A DNA stretch of 64,000 nt from Lama glama. Taxonomy: Eukaryota. Numbering within the stretch: the first letter of the stretch is position 1; each line of letters opens with the position of its first letter. The translations under genes and the position numbers were made by a program. Below are positions 25,901 through 39,475 of this stretch, one piece after another. The stretch spans positions 38,256,001-38,320,000 of the forward strand of contig CM052816.1 in assembly GCA_028534125.1 (NCBI GenBank), written 5' to 3'. The notes below the pieces were generated by a model. That model made no database searches, had not been told where the DNA came from, and saw nothing but the letters and a program-made list of their open reading frames with translations.

Positions 25901-26479
25901 ATGGAATATTTCAAAGAATAAAGATTTGTATATATAATACAAAATTAAATTTTAATATTTTAATAAAACTATACAATATATTTATAAGGTATGAGGATGC
26001 TTAACAAGAGAACTGTGTATTTCCCAACACTTATGTATATATTCAAATATAATTCAGACCAAAAATTAGCATCAGATGCCTATATTTTGGAACATCAGGC
26101 AAAAATAAACTCAAAAATATATTGTTCTAGAAACACAGGTGGAGATTTAGCTTTCCTATTTGTGCAGAAACTTGTCTTACATTGGTATTAGAGGAAGAAA
26201 TAATAATTTTTAAAAACCTCTGCATATCTTTAGAGACATTTAACTCTAACTTATCTGAGAAGTCCTCTCCTTCATTTGTGTTTCTCTAAGAATTACACCA
26301 ATTAGAAAATTCTTGCCAGATGCAGAACAACTAAATTTAACCTTATTTATTCTTTAACTCTCTGAAGGTATGGATTGCTTATGTCAATTGCTTGTCAATG
26401 ATTAAGATGAATTTAAGAAGCAAACATCAGCATTTCCTTCTCTAGGACAGAAAGCTGAAAATTCTGGACCATATGTATG

Positions 26480-26670
26480 CTGTTTATTCAACTGCAAATA
26501 TTTATTAGAAACCTATTGTGTGCCAAATACTACAAAAGTTCTCAACAAATGAAGATTAAGATGACAGTCCACCAACAAATTATCCAGATGAGTAGAAACA
26601 GAAACACAAGAAATAGTCATAATGTATTAAAATCCATAAAATAATAGAAGTATGGGAGAAATGATACTGC
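26480..26670 (-). mobile_element. L2 LINE 3' end
   Basis: tttattcaactgcaaatatttattagaaacctattgtgtgcc tail and downstream L2-like sequence. Confidence 0.6.
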
Positions 26671-26679
26671 TTGGCCTGA

Positions 26680-26888
26680 AGGTTTTCTCCAAGAGGAATG
26701 CAATTGGCATTTTGGGTGGAGTGATTCTTCCTTGTATTCTTTAGACTTTGTTCCTCAGACATTGTGGAATTTAGGCTTCCAGTAGCATTCTGCAATCACT
26801 ATGACATTCATCATAATAACTCAAAAGCCCCCTCTCATATTTTTAAATGCCTCCTGAGATAGCGGACAACCTTCTTTGAGAACCACTG
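26680..26888 (+). mobile_element. hAT-Charlie MITE (MER20/MER20B-like)
   Basis: attggcattttgggtggagtgattctt...tttaaatgcctcc...ttgagaaccactg terminus. Confidence 0.6.
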
Positions 26889-27090
26889 TTACTAGACAGT
26901 GCCTATTGACGTTGTCAAACCTAAATCGGTTCCATGAAAGGAAAGAATCTAGGAATGCATTTAGGTCTAACTAGATTTTCATGCGTTCATATGTAAGGGT
27001 ATACTGCTTATGGGCATTTTACTTAAAAGGCAAAGAGTACTGTTAAGGTATCTGTAATTCACTTTAAAATATTTCCGTATAGGCAGCACG

Positions 27091-27093
<3 letters not shown>

Positions 27094-27127
<34 letters not shown>
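27094..27127. repeat. (TG)17 microsatellite
   Basis: Directly visible. Confidence 0.95.
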
Positions 27128-27131
<4 letters not shown>

Positions 27132-28750
27132 ACTTACATTTAAATTAAATCCTAAGTGCAGTCACTTGCATTAGCCAAGAATCCACACAACAAATATTTT
27201 TAGTTATCCTTCTTATCAGAAAGGCAGTTACCTTTAGATCCCATCAATACAAAAGGCTTTGCTGAGTAACAGTGGCTTAAAGAAATGGGCTGTCAGTAGA
27301 GCAACTAGTGGTGGTCGACACAGTGGATTGGCTGAAATATTTGAGACACTTTCCATTTTTTCAAAATAGGAATGATCTCTATAGCAAATTTACCTGTGCT
27401 AATCAGGTCATGTCTCATGCAAACACTGGAGAATTTTGAGGAAGCCAAAGATTTAGCTATTTCACCACAATTTCCCAACTACATTGTAATGAAAGCATGC
27501 CTCAAAGCAAATTCTGTCACACATACAAACACTTATTAAACAATCAATCACTCCTCAGCAAGCAGGCACAAACAATTTATATTGTCAGGTATACTGCTTT
27601 CTAGTCTCTATCTTTTTATGTTCTCTGATCAACTCTTTTCATGAAATTTTCTCTAGAGTCAGATATGACAACATCGCAGAGGCAGAATTCTATTACATTT
27701 TATAGAAGGCATCAGGGAGACAGAAATTCTCTGACCCAATATTGGCAAAGGCACATTTAGGAATCAAGCTTCAGGCACTGGATGCTACGGGATGCTTTAC
27801 AACCTGGTCCTATGAAGTGGGGGACTGTCCAATGCACATATCTTGAATACCACTAATTCCACTTTACCATGTTAGGTAACAGTTCCACATTCATGATTGT
27901 TAACAGGCCACTATTTCCAATAATGAAAACCGATTTCTGACATTCATTCTTTTAATTTAAAATGCACAAAATGTTGACATAGATAACAGAGGCTCTGGAA
28001 ATTCTCTCTCATAAAACATAACAGTAGCTGATCACTCATGGAATACGGGTTAGGAAAATTATATCTGGAGATGAAATGGAAATTAAATAGCATATACATA
28101 GATATCACATTTTTCTATGTTGAATTATTTTAAAGTAAATTATTGAGATCATAGAAACACTTTAGAATTAATCCCTAATATTCCTGCATCCAGCCACACA
28201 GGTGGGCACTTTAGTTGTCTGATCTGAATGTAAAATAACGCTGATTTTAGAATATTTTTATATATTTCGTCAATGTAACTTTCACACAAATTGTAATTCA
28301 ACATCTTAAAAAAAAAAAGAAAGCTAAAAATTCACCAAAGTTACTAAACAGTTTGGATGACTTTTTTGTGTATGCTTGCTAATTAATACTTATATGTGTG
28401 GCAGAATGTGGTCTTAGTCTTAAAAACTGTAAAGTAAGATTGTAGAGAAACAGCCAGCACTTATCTACCTCTAATTGTTGGCACCAACTGTTCTCTAACT
28501 AAAAGAACCTAGATATGCATAACAAATTCCTTTACTATCAACCTCCTATTTTCTTGATGTAGAAGTCCCCAAATTTCCACATCAAGAATTATTTTTCCCT
28601 GTGTTCTTGGTCTCTACCTCCCTACCCCTTCTCCTAATCCTATAAACAAGGTCGAATCTTACTACTGAAAAAACATTCTCTAAATCCTGTCCCTATTAAA
28701 CAATTTATATTATTTATTTTATGCACTTTCAAACTTTCTAACTCTAAGAT

Positions 28751-28781
28751 GTATAGCTCAGTGGTAGAGCATTTGACTGCA
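28751..28781 (+). pseudogene. Tailless retropseudogene of the 5' half of tRNA-Cys(GCA)
   Basis: gtatagctcagtggtagagcatttgactgca matches mammalian tRNA-Cys-GCA from about nt 5 through the GCA anticodon; flanked by perfect 16-bp direct repeats caaactttctaactct (28730-28745, 28780-28795); no T-arm, CCA or poly-A. Confidence 0.85.
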
Positions 28782-29009
28782 AACTTTCTAACTCTCCAAG
28801 GTCTCCTAATTGTCAGATTTGGTAACCTCCTCCGGGTCTTTAAAAATCTTTCTTCATCTTCCCATAATGTTTACCACTCTAGTCTTGAAATGTTTTCCTT
28901 TTCCTGTCTTCCTTCACACAATCTTACTAATCTCTTCTACAGTTCAGGCCAGTGTTTTTCAGTTTATTTTTTTAACCTTGAAATGTGAGAACCCAGCCTT
29001 TCTCTTGCC

Positions 29010-29130
29010 TATTTATTTTTATTGAGGTAACATCGGTTTGCAAGACTATGTAAGTTTCAGGTGTACAATGTTGTATATCTACTTCTGCATACACTACCAC
29101 CAAAAATTTACTTTCTACCTCTCACCTGTT
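29010..29130 (-). mobile_element. L1 3' end fragment (L1MA-like)
   Basis: ttattgaggtaacatcggttt...taagtttcaggtgtacaatg...tatatctacttctgcatacactac. Confidence 0.6.
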
Positions 29131-29799
29131 TTTCAGTTTAAGTCCCCAACTGGTCTTCCTTTTCCCAACCCTGAAATCTTAGCACTCCCAAGTGGTTTTA
29201 ACCTCATCATTATTCTCTATACTTTATCTTCTCTTATCTTACCAACAACACATCAATGAAAACGGTTTTAATGTTTAACATTATGAAGACTTTTAAAGTA
29301 CTTCCTGTATCTTTTGAATTCTAGGCCTGTACTGTCCCCACTACTAAGCCTTTAAAACTCAAATAAACCAAACAGAATGTATCATATCTTAACCATGTCT
29401 ATTTTAAATGTCAAGCCTGCTCAGCAGTTGACAGGAAGCCAATCTCCAGTCTATAGGGGAAGTTAAATATCACTGTAAACATAACAAGATGGATAACTGT
29501 GTTTCCAGAATTCTATATGATTGGAAGTGATAACTGTATGAAACATTTGGGGATTGACGCAAGACTGCTATTAAAAATGCATTTTCAGTAGTAAATGATG
29601 GTTGCTATGCGCCGCCTGAGGTGGATGTGCCCAGCTAACTACAAAATCCATTTTATTCACTAGGATATGGAAGTTGAGGCAGTACCAGAAGGAATCTCCC
29701 TCTTCACTCTGTCTGAAGGCAACACTCAAGATCTTCTCTAATTAAAAAGTGGGGAAAAAATTTAAAGAATATCCATTTGAGAGGCTACCAAATTAGAAT

Positions 29800-30490
29800 T
29801 TTCAGATCTTGCTCTGCTATTTCCTCTGCCACAGGTCTTTTCTCCTTTAATTTTCTTTGTTGGAGAATGTCATCACCAGCCATCAAATCCACCAATACAC
29901 AAAACTGCTGTGTCTTCAGCTTTCATTTTCATCATTCCATATATATTTGTTTGCCAATTTTGTTAACTGTTCTTTTAAAAATTCTAATTCCTCTCCATTT
30001 TAATGAGTGATTTCTTAAAGTAGCTACTCATCACTGTAATAAGCTCCTTAATTCATTGTCCTTCCTTCATACCATCCCTCTAGGGCCCACTGTCATTTTT
30101 TCATAAATTTTATCTTATTAAGAAAAACATGCGGAATGCCTCCACTTAAAATGTGCCAATGATTAAATATTATCTAAAGAATTAAGTTCAGATTTCTTAG
30201 CTGTTCTCTGTAGTTCCTAACTCTCTGTGTGCAAATAACACCCTGATGTCATGTCTCAGCTTAAAAGTGCTTCCTCCACAGACTCATGTTTTCCCTCATA
30301 TTAGAAAATAATCTTTCCCTCTTCAAAACTCATAGGATTTATATTTACTTTCCTCTTCATGCTTTTCATTTTCAATCTTGTATTATGACTATTTATATGT
30401 ATATTCTATGTACATAAGTCAATGTAGTGGGCACCCTCAAGGACTGCATTTTTATTTTCTTTATGTACTTAATAATTTGTTGAATATTTA
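29800..30490 (+). mobile_element. Degraded L2 LINE
   Basis: Pyrimidine-rich L2-like body ending tacttaataatttgttgaat. Confidence 0.4.
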
Positions 30491-31883
30491 ATCCTACATT
30501 TGAGATATATACATATAGACTTAGAAACACTACTCTGACAACACACTGATGGGTATGCATGATAAGCAGAAAATTGTAGACACAGAGACCAGTTGGGAGG
30601 TTAGTATAACACTTCTGACAAAAGGTCATGAACAAATATATTAAAAAGTATGAATTTCATCTCTTCATATTTTATTGTTCAGCTGCTTAAAAAGAAATAT
30701 CATAAATTGTCTCATAAATTTATAGAACTGATATCATTATGCTTAGAAAGTTGACTCTAGTAAATTACACAGGTCTTGGCTGTCACTCTAAGATAGGTTT
30801 AAGTTCTGAGGAAATCCCATTTTTCCTGATGTTATATATCTTACTAACCAAAAGAGGACTGTAGTGGAAAATCATCATCCCTGTCTCAGACTCTGTAACT
30901 CTCTGAAGCCTGGCTCATCTTTTTTTCATCGCACAGCAGGCGAGAAAACTGGAAGGCTGAGTTGATGACTGTTATATCACAATCATTAAGAGGAAATAAG
31001 GCAAACTGTTCATCAAAGAAATGACAACAAAAATTACTGGGTTTCAAAATATCCAAAACTGAGAGCCCCAGTAGTACAGTCATTTTTCAGTAGTCTTCTC
31101 ATAAATTTTCACTTTACAATAAGTAGAAAGGCCAACCAGAATGGCCACCAGATTGGCAAGAAACCATCCTGCAAGTTTCATGAGTGCGACGTTTCTGAGT
31201 TACATATATTATATATTCACATTTTCCATATCAATGGTATGTGCATTAAATACTTCTGTTATAAGACGAATGCAGCTGGCTCTATTGAACTAGATATGCC
31301 ATGCTTAAAATGTTATACTAAAGCACAGATGCAAATATAAGTGCCACGAGTACACAAGTTAAACAGTAAACTAGAATCAGAGAACTGCATGGAAATGCTT
31401 CCTACCATACACATAATGTATTACTGGTCCAGAGCCAAATTTAAAATTACTCAAGTATTCATTTTATAATTATAGGACATTATAATAGTAGCTAGTTCTA
31501 AGATACATGTCAATTACCTATACCAACTCTGCATTTGTACGATTTCACTGGAATCAGGGAAAGTGCAGAAGAACTATGACCAGAACAGAGTGATTTCCTT
31601 CTCCCTAATTCCTTCTGCAAATGAGCTCGTATCTTCTGGTTTCAAAGACAGTGCCAGGCCTCCATTAAATGCTAAAATATTGCTATGTAATTATTATATA
31701 TTCTACTTCAGGATCTTTCTTTTCCCCCTTTCAATGATCTTAATGTTCATTGTCCTAATTCAGTGTCAATCACCACGCCTAAAGAGATACTCTGCTCTTT
31801 GAACCACTTTCTTACTTTTCCTATTGAAACATAGCTGCTTATGTTTTGCTTCCTTACATAGCCTGGGAATTTCTTAAATAGAC

Positions 31884-32320
31884 TGAGAAGCCGAATAATG
31901 GCCTTTTAAAGGTATCAGGTCCCAATCCCTAGAACCTGTAAATCTTATTTTATAAAGAAAAGTATCTTTGCAGATGTGATTAAATAAAAGATCTCAACAT
32001 GGGGAGATTATCCTAGTTTACATGGATGGGCCTTAAAGACCATAGTAAGTGTCCTTGCAAGAGAGAAACACGGAGATTCAACACTACACACAAATGAAGG
32101 AAGAATTTAGAGTGATTCAGCCCAAGGATGGGAACATCAGCAGCCATCAGACTAGAAGAGGCAAGGAATGGATTCTTCTATAGAGCCTCCAAAGGACGCA
32201 GCCCTGCCAACACCTTGATTTCAGACTTCTGATCTCCAGAACTGTGAAAGAATAAATTTCTGCTGTTTTACACCACCAGATGGGGGTAATTTATTACAAC
32301 TGCCACAGGAAACGAACACA
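31884..32320 (+). mobile_element. ERVL-MaLR solo LTR (MLT1C/D-like)
   Basis: gaataatggcc...ctttgcagatgtgattaa...gagattatcct...gaagaggcaaggaatggattct...gcagccctgccaacaccttgatttcagacttctgatctccagaactgtgaaagaataaatttctgctgtttta...ccacaggaaacgaacaca. Confidence 0.9.
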
Positions 32321-32381
32321 ACAATCTAATGAAGAAATCCCTGCAAAAATGGCCTCGACATAGTATGGATTGATAACTTAC

Positions 32382-32415
32382 CCTTGAAAGAAATGTATCA
32401 AAATGACAGAGACTC
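32382..32415 (-). other. PTPRD: Spliced micro-exon, 34 nt, probably non-coding 5'UTR; host tentatively PTPRD
   Basis: Minus strand: ttaaaggtttttctctag|GAGTCTCTGTCATTTTGATACATTTCTTTCAAGG|gtaagt, near-perfect splice sites. The gene symbol rests only on recollection that PTPRD has a series of tiny 5'UTR exons, one of 34 nt, in very large AT-rich introns. Not verified by alignment. Confidence 0.5.
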
Positions 32416-33249
32416 CTAGAGAAAAACCTTTAACTTAATGGAATATATTTCATTTTGTTGGAAGTTTGGCTACATTATTCATCAGTGTAGGAGTGTTTCC
32501 AAGTAGGAAGAAGCAAGTAGGTACCACTTAAACTTCTCCATAATCAAGCCTGGCAACAATCTTTTAACAGTTATCTCTACTCCTTCAAAGAGTTTGTTTT
32601 TTTCCCTATTATTTCTTCTTCCAAACTCAAAACAGCCAGAAAATTAAGTTAAAAGGTGACAATTGGAGACAAGATCCTAAAGAGTTTAGGGCACCAGATT
32701 ACTCTAGCAGCATTTAAACATTCACCCACCAGCTAAATTCTACTAGGTATTAACTCAGAGTACAGGATGCTTTCTCCAAATAGAAGGGTAATTTATCTTA
32801 CAGAATGAAATCAAGTTTATCAGAAGTATCTGGATGTCACAAGAGTCAAGATTTATTTTAAAAAATAGTTCTAAGGAAGAGGAAGTAAGAAGATAGAAAA
32901 TATACACTGGGGGTATTTTCTTCCAGAAAGCACATTTTTTGGAAAAAAAAAAAAAGTAAGATATTTTCCATGTGCATATTCTTAAATATCAGAAAAACTT
33001 TTCTTTAACCCTGATTTCTCTCCCTGCTATTAATTCACCTAGCTATAACTTCTGTGCCTTAAACATGCAGACTTTTATTCATAATTTTGTGGACCTGGGT
33101 CCTCTCTGAGCAGCTTCATTTCTTTTACCTATTCACATCCAAAAAGACAACAGGCCAGAGGGCATCACTCATTTTATATTTGCTATTACCAGATTAATAA
33201 TTTTGTAAGAAGAAAATTAGAAATGTTATAAATCATAATTTTGCCTGCT

Positions 33250-35830
33250 ATTTTATTAACACTTCTTAAAGTGTATTGTTTACTCAGAAAAGTGGACCAA
33301 AATAAGAATATAACCCATTTATGACCACAAAGCAGAGAAGTCTGTGTAGTGTGTAGATACCAATTAAGTCAATCAACAACATTTATCAGGACCTCAGAAG
33401 ATCTCTTCTGCATCCTCCCTACTTCCCTCCTTCTCTGTAAAAGTAATCACTCTCCTGACTTCTAAGACCATAGGGTAGTTTTGTCTGTTTCACACCTTAC
33501 ATAAATGAGACCAGCACGTCATGTACCACTTTGTGTCTGGCTCCTGTGGTTCAACCTTATGTTACTTTTATTAATTCATATCATTGTAGAAGATACAGTT
33601 GTTAAATTTTGGTGTTATATAGTAGTCCAGCAAATGAATTCACCATAATTTATATATCCATTCTATTGTTGATGGAGATTTTGTGTCATAATATTTTACA
33701 GTTTTGTGTCATAAACTTTCTTACACATGTATTTTGATACATTGCCTAAAACTGCCTTGGATGTGTGCATACCTTGATATCCTGGTATGGAATTGCTGGG
33801 TCACAGGGTGTGCATATCAGTTTTAGTAGATAATGCCAACTCCTATGCCAAAGGGGCTCTAACAATTTATACTCCCACCAGCAATGCATGTTTATATTAC
33901 TGTCATATTTTGTTTTCTGAATTTTATTTACCAGGACAAGTGCCATTTCCTCATATTGTTAATTTTCATTCTGATGAAGAAGTTGAGAAATTTCTCATAT
34001 GCTTATTAGCCATTTGGGTATCTTTGTTTGTGATAGTCCTGTTCAAACTGCAAGGCAATAATTCTCTTGGGTTATCTATGTTTTCTTGTAGTAGGAATTC
34101 TTTATATATTCTTGGTATAAACTCTCTTGGTGACATGTATTGCAAATAATCAATCATTGGTTAGCTATTCATTCTTTTAATAATGTCTTTTGATAAACAG
34201 AGTTCTTATATTTAATGTGGCATAATTTACTACATTTTCCCTTTATCGTGTTTTAATGTCATATTTAACAAAACTGCTTACCCAAAGATCAAGAAGACGT
34301 TCTTTCATATTGTTTTCTAGAAACACTGTTTTCACTTTTTAGACTACACTTTAAAACTGTAATCTGTATGGCATTTGTTTGGGAATTGCGTAAGGAAGGC
34401 ACTGTTTCATTTTATTATTTGCTAGATGGGTATCCAGTTATCATAATGCATTTAAATTGAGTCGACTAAGTTTCACCCATTGCTCTGCAATGCCACCATG
34501 TCATAAATCACACATAAGTTATATTCTGAACTCTCAGTTGTATTCCATTCTTATATTTGTCTGTCCTGTGCCAACACAGCTCTGTCTTAATTATTGCAGC
34601 TTTATAGTACATCATGCTATATGGTAGTATATTCCACTAAATTTAATATTTCTCCTAAAGAGTAATTCTACATTCTTGATCCTTTGCATTTGCCAGTTTT
34701 CACACAGCCACACATTGGTGAGGTTTTGATTGGATTAAGTTTAATTTGTAGACCAGTTCAAAGAAAACTGACCATGTAACCTATGGATATATAAGATCCT
34801 TTCATTTACAAGATCTTCTGTACAGAGTTTTTGCACATATTTCATTAGACATATTTCTAAGTACTTTATTGAAAATTATAACATATTGAAAAATTGTATT
34901 TCCCAACTAGTATGTCTGATGATAGATATAAAACCGGTTTTTGTATAATGACTCTGAGCTGAATTGACATATTTTAATAACTTATAGATTCTCTTGACTT
35001 TTCAGTATTTACTGCGAATAAGGAGAGTTGTATTCAATTCTTTTTAATTGTTGTACTATTATTTTTATGCCTTATTATATCACCTATATCCTCTAGTAAA
35101 ATGTTTAATAGAAGTAGTGGCAATAGGAATTAACCTTCTTATTTAGAATAAAAGAGATAGCTTTCAAAATTCTATAAACAATTACAATGTTTAACAGTAT
35201 GTTGTTCAATTAAGGTTTTTTTATCAGATCACTTTCTACTTCTAGTTCAGTAAATGTCTATAAAGAATAGATACTGATTTTATCAAGTGCTTTTTCTGAA
35301 CTAGTAATGTAATTTAATCAGAGCTTCCTTTTTCTGCTATTACTATAAAACACCTTAACTGATCTTCAAATGTTCAATTAATATTGCATTCATGAGAAAA
35401 CACAAATTGTGACATTATAAATGTATACTTTTTATAAATTATTACACTTGATGAGTTAATATTTTGCTTAGGATTTTACATCTGTGTTTCCTAGTGAAAT
35501 ATGCTTGTGTTATCTGAACTGTAACAACCTCGTCAAGCTGTTGTCAAAGTTTTATACTGATTTCATAAAATAAGTTGGAATTTTTCCCACATTTTTTATT
35601 CTGTGGAAGAATTTTTGTAGTATTTTCTTCATTTCCCTCTTAAACGTTTTGCAGAATATACTTCTGAAGCCATCTTAGTCTCAAATTTTCCTTATTTAAA
35701 TATTTAAGTCTTTGATATTATAGATTGCTCATATTGTATCTCTCTTCTTGTGTAAGTTTTGGTAGTTATAGTTTTTAGAGGAATTTGTTCACTTCATCTA
35801 AATCTTAAAATTGAACATGCTTCTCTCATA
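33250..35830 (-). mobile_element. Ancient LINE-1 (L1ME-like) 3'UTR and ORF2
   Basis: ORF 33746-33946 (HCWWEYKLLEPLW...PCDPAIP) and ORF 33966-34157 (FIPRIYKEFLL...DTQMANKHMRNFSTS) are L1 ORF2 C-terminal motifs; T-rich antisense body. Confidence 0.85.
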
Positions 35831-36679
35831 AAAAGATGAAACTGACACTTGTTTTCATCCAAAATATCTATTTTTATAGTTTCAAAAATAAATTTGTGTT
35901 CATTTTTTAGATTTCTGTTAAGTTTGAATTTATGTTTTTATCAATTACTAGGACTTATTGTGCTACTGGCCATGATTCTGTCCATTTATTCTTCCAAAAC
36001 CATAATAGTTTTCCTATTCTTAAACTATTTTCAATAATCTGAGAACTCATTAATAACTTTTCAACACTCTGGTTTTGGAAAAGTATGTGATCATTCTACT
36101 TTCTAATTTCTTTTTTTTGTATTAAATTCATCCCTTATTAGGCTTTTTAAAAATTTCTTATACACATATAAAAGTTGCTTAATTATCTCCAAGGTTTAAT
36201 AATTGAGATAGAAAATCAGATGCTATTTGTATTTGTGTTTCTAAACAAAAATACTCTTTTATTTTTTTAAACTTTGCTACTATTTTCTGGTTTCATTTTA
36301 TTTGCTTATCTGTATGATTTTGGAGACTTGAATGGCTTACTTTTTTTTCTTACAGTTGATTTTTATATAGAAACGATAAAACTAATATTTTCTATTTTTC
36401 TCCTATTGTTTCTTGTTCCAGTTATTCTATCTCCCATGCAGTTTAATTACTGCATATTATATTCACTCAGAGACACAGAAAAAAGAATTACTAATGGTAG
36501 ACTGAGAATATCATAAAAGATATGATAAAGTTCCTGGGCTCTAAGGTAATAGAAGCAAAAGGGTGTACCAGTTTAATGGTCTTGAACAATACCCGGTCTC
36601 TGGCATAGAGACAGGCATAAAAGTCAGATGAATTATCCTTTTACTATTCTCCACCCCAATAGGTTCATTCTGACTCAAG

Positions 36680-36880
36680 ACCTGCAAATAGTGTGTAAAA
36701 CCTGTGTTCCACTGTAAGTGACAGGAACTAGGGGGATTAAGAAAAAACAGAGTAAAACATACTGCCACTTTTTAGTAGTATGACCATGTAAAGTTACTTA
36801 ACTTCTCCTATAAAGCGGGGTGATTAATATTCTTACTATACAGTGAATAATCAATAAACATTGGTCATTATGTTTATTAC
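36680..36880 (+). mobile_element. MIR SINE fragment
   Basis: tgccactttttagtagtatgaccatgtaaagttacttaacttctc core. Confidence 0.5.
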
Positions 36881-37529
36881 TGTTACTATTCGATTATCTT
36901 CGTTCTTATTTCTGTTATCATCAACATAAAGACTACTATTTTAAATGTAGGTCTATTGTTGAAGTTTGCAAAGACCTGATCAGCAAGGTCGTTGGTCAAT
37001 CCCAGTTTTGATATGTACTATTATGAATGGTCTTCTTTTATTAATTTGGAGTATTTTAGTGCTTAGGCAAGTTGTAGTTTCTTAAAATAGAAAGTAGTTA
37101 ATTTAAGTTTTTGTTTCTTCAAATTTTGATTGTTTTTAATCTCACAACAGTTATTTAAACAAATTTCAATGCCTAAATAAATATAATTTATATTTAAAAA
37201 ATTATTTTTCATTAAAAAAAAGATTTTCACCCTTCCAATATCCTTGTTCTGGAGGAGCAGTGGAAAACTGAAGCTTTTTTCCCTATGGTTTACAAAGCTA
37301 TTCCCCTATCAGCTGCCATCATTCACATTACCACATTTACCTAATTCCTGAACTATTGTATCATTCAGTCTGGTCTCATCACTTCCAATGTCACCTTATG
37401 TAAAGCATTTTTGGAGTGATACCCCCATATGTTTCTACAGCAATCTAGATCATGACTCTCTATATTCTGCAGAGCAAACAATAACTACTGGGTACATAAC
37501 AATGTTGCTGATGCCTTACAGGCAGTTTC

Positions 37530-37685
37530 CAGGCTTCACGCTAACCCAAGAAGTACTACTGTAGTCCTACTGAGGAGTAAATGAAGACAAAAGTAGCTAG
37601 GCTATTCGCACAGCTAGTGAGCAACAAATCCAAGATGAAATCAAGTTCCAACTTCAAAGGCAGCACTTTTTCCCATGTTATGAAG
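37530..37685 (-). mobile_element. MIR SINE fragment
   Basis: cacagctagtgagcaacaaatccaagatgaaatcaagttccaacttcaaaggc resembles the antisense MIR core and head. Confidence 0.55.
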
Positions 37686-38916
37686 TCACTGGTTAAAGTC
37701 CATGATTCTGAACGGTCTGCATGAGTTGGCTCCAATTGTTTTTGTTTTTCTCCCAACTTTAATTTCATCACTTCATATTTCTTATCTTTAACTTGAAATG
37801 TACGCTAATCCTTGAGATGCTTTCCAATGTCTCCCTCCATTACTCTATTGTCATTATTCAGCTTTTACTGTCCCTCTTCATGATGTCTAACTTTTAGAAT
37901 CCTTCCCATGAGGGGTGTTTCAAATACTGCTTCTTCCTTGAAGAACTGACAGCCTTCCCTCTACAAAGTCTACAAAGTTATGAGCAAATAAGTAATTTTT
38001 ATTGCTTCTTAATATATTGTTTTACAGTAATATATTAGGTTTATTTATGTACAAGTGTTTTTCTCTAAAACAACTTACACAGTCCTTGAGAGATAATTTA
38101 ATTGCATGTGTGCCTAATTTTAGTAAATCAGAGTGACTTATCGAACGTGTGTTTAATAGGTTAAGTTTACTTAAAGTATCCAAAGTAAAATATCACATAG
38201 CTGTTCACTGGGACCACAGTTCAGGATCTCCCACACCAAAGTTCCTCCCCTTATATGTGACCTGCCTTGAAAATTTATTACTAAAATTTTATATAAGTTT
38301 AATGCAAATAATTTTAAAGGTAACTGGTAAAACTGAAAAAAGTTATAAAATAAATATAATATAAAATGTACTTTTTAGCTTCATTATTTAATACAAATAC
38401 TATTCTCCTTTTTATCTACTTTCAGAGAAAGTGAATGCTTGATTATTAAAGAACTGATTACACAGCTTGTAAATTATACAAGCCATTGAGTTTCCCTCCC
38501 TTCTGCTGAATGACTTTTGCCCATTTTCCCCTTAATTAGCATAGTGAAATTCAAAGGAATGCAAAAAAAAATGCAATTCAGGCCATTTGATTTTGCTTTT
38601 TTGCAGTAGAATAAATAGTAAAGAACAAACTTAAATTATTTGTCAAAATAATGCCGAGAATTTTTAATGTTACACCTCTGTCATTAATATAGGTAATTGA
38701 CAGCTGACTCTATATTTGGTATTAAAAATAAATCAGCATCTTTATTGCCCCTCCAGAGAAATATTTTTCATTTTGATGAGTGGCTATTTGTAAGACTAAT
38801 AACATAGATGTGCCAAAAGTTCTATAAATTACTGTGACATTCCTAACTAAACAAAAACTGTAAATATGAAAGCTGTTTCCAGCCACAATACCCCTCCTCA
38901 GTTACAGGGTTTTTAC

Positions 38917-38942
38917 CTTTAACAGCCGAAGAGGTCATCTTC
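38917..38942 (-). other. Candidate micro-exon, 26 nt, containing an ATG
   Basis: Minus strand: ttgttttactataaaatgtacctag|GAAGATGACCTCTTCGGCTGTTAAAG|gtaaaa. Donor acceptable, acceptor pyrimidine tract weak. Confidence 0.3.
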
Positions 38943-39475
38943 CTAGGTACATTTTATAGTAAAACAAGTATCACTTAAAGCAATATCTCATTGTATATGC
39001 ATGTTTCATTAAGTATGTGATGTAAGTTATACCCTGAATGTCCTAAAGAGTGTGAAGTGAGCACTGGTAGAAAATGAGAAAGTTAACCAGAGACAATTCA
39101 AATGCCCTTTTAGGTAAGTATTTTAATGTTCAGTCTATAATACGTTCAATAATACCTAATGCCAATCTAGTACTCTCTAAATGTAGAAAGAAAGAAGCTG
39201 AAGGATCTGATGCTTAGTGTTCAATTTCAAAGGAGCACTGTCAGTGGCACCAAGTTAACTGCATAAAAAAATTTATTTATTTTATTTATGTATCATTCAT
39301 TTATGATACATATTTGCCCTTACTACCTCTAGGATCATTGTGATTTTAATAAAAGCAGTTCCCCCACAAAAAAGCAGAATTTCTAACAAATGTTAATATC
39401 AGACATAGTCAGTGATTCTACTGAAATGTATGTGCCTCATCAATATGCAAAGACCTAAGTAAGATGCGATTTCCC

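Noticed and set aside
28751..28781. Functional tRNA-Cys gene or intact tRNA-derived SINE
   Set aside because: No B-box/T-arm, 3' acceptor strand, terminator or SINE body.
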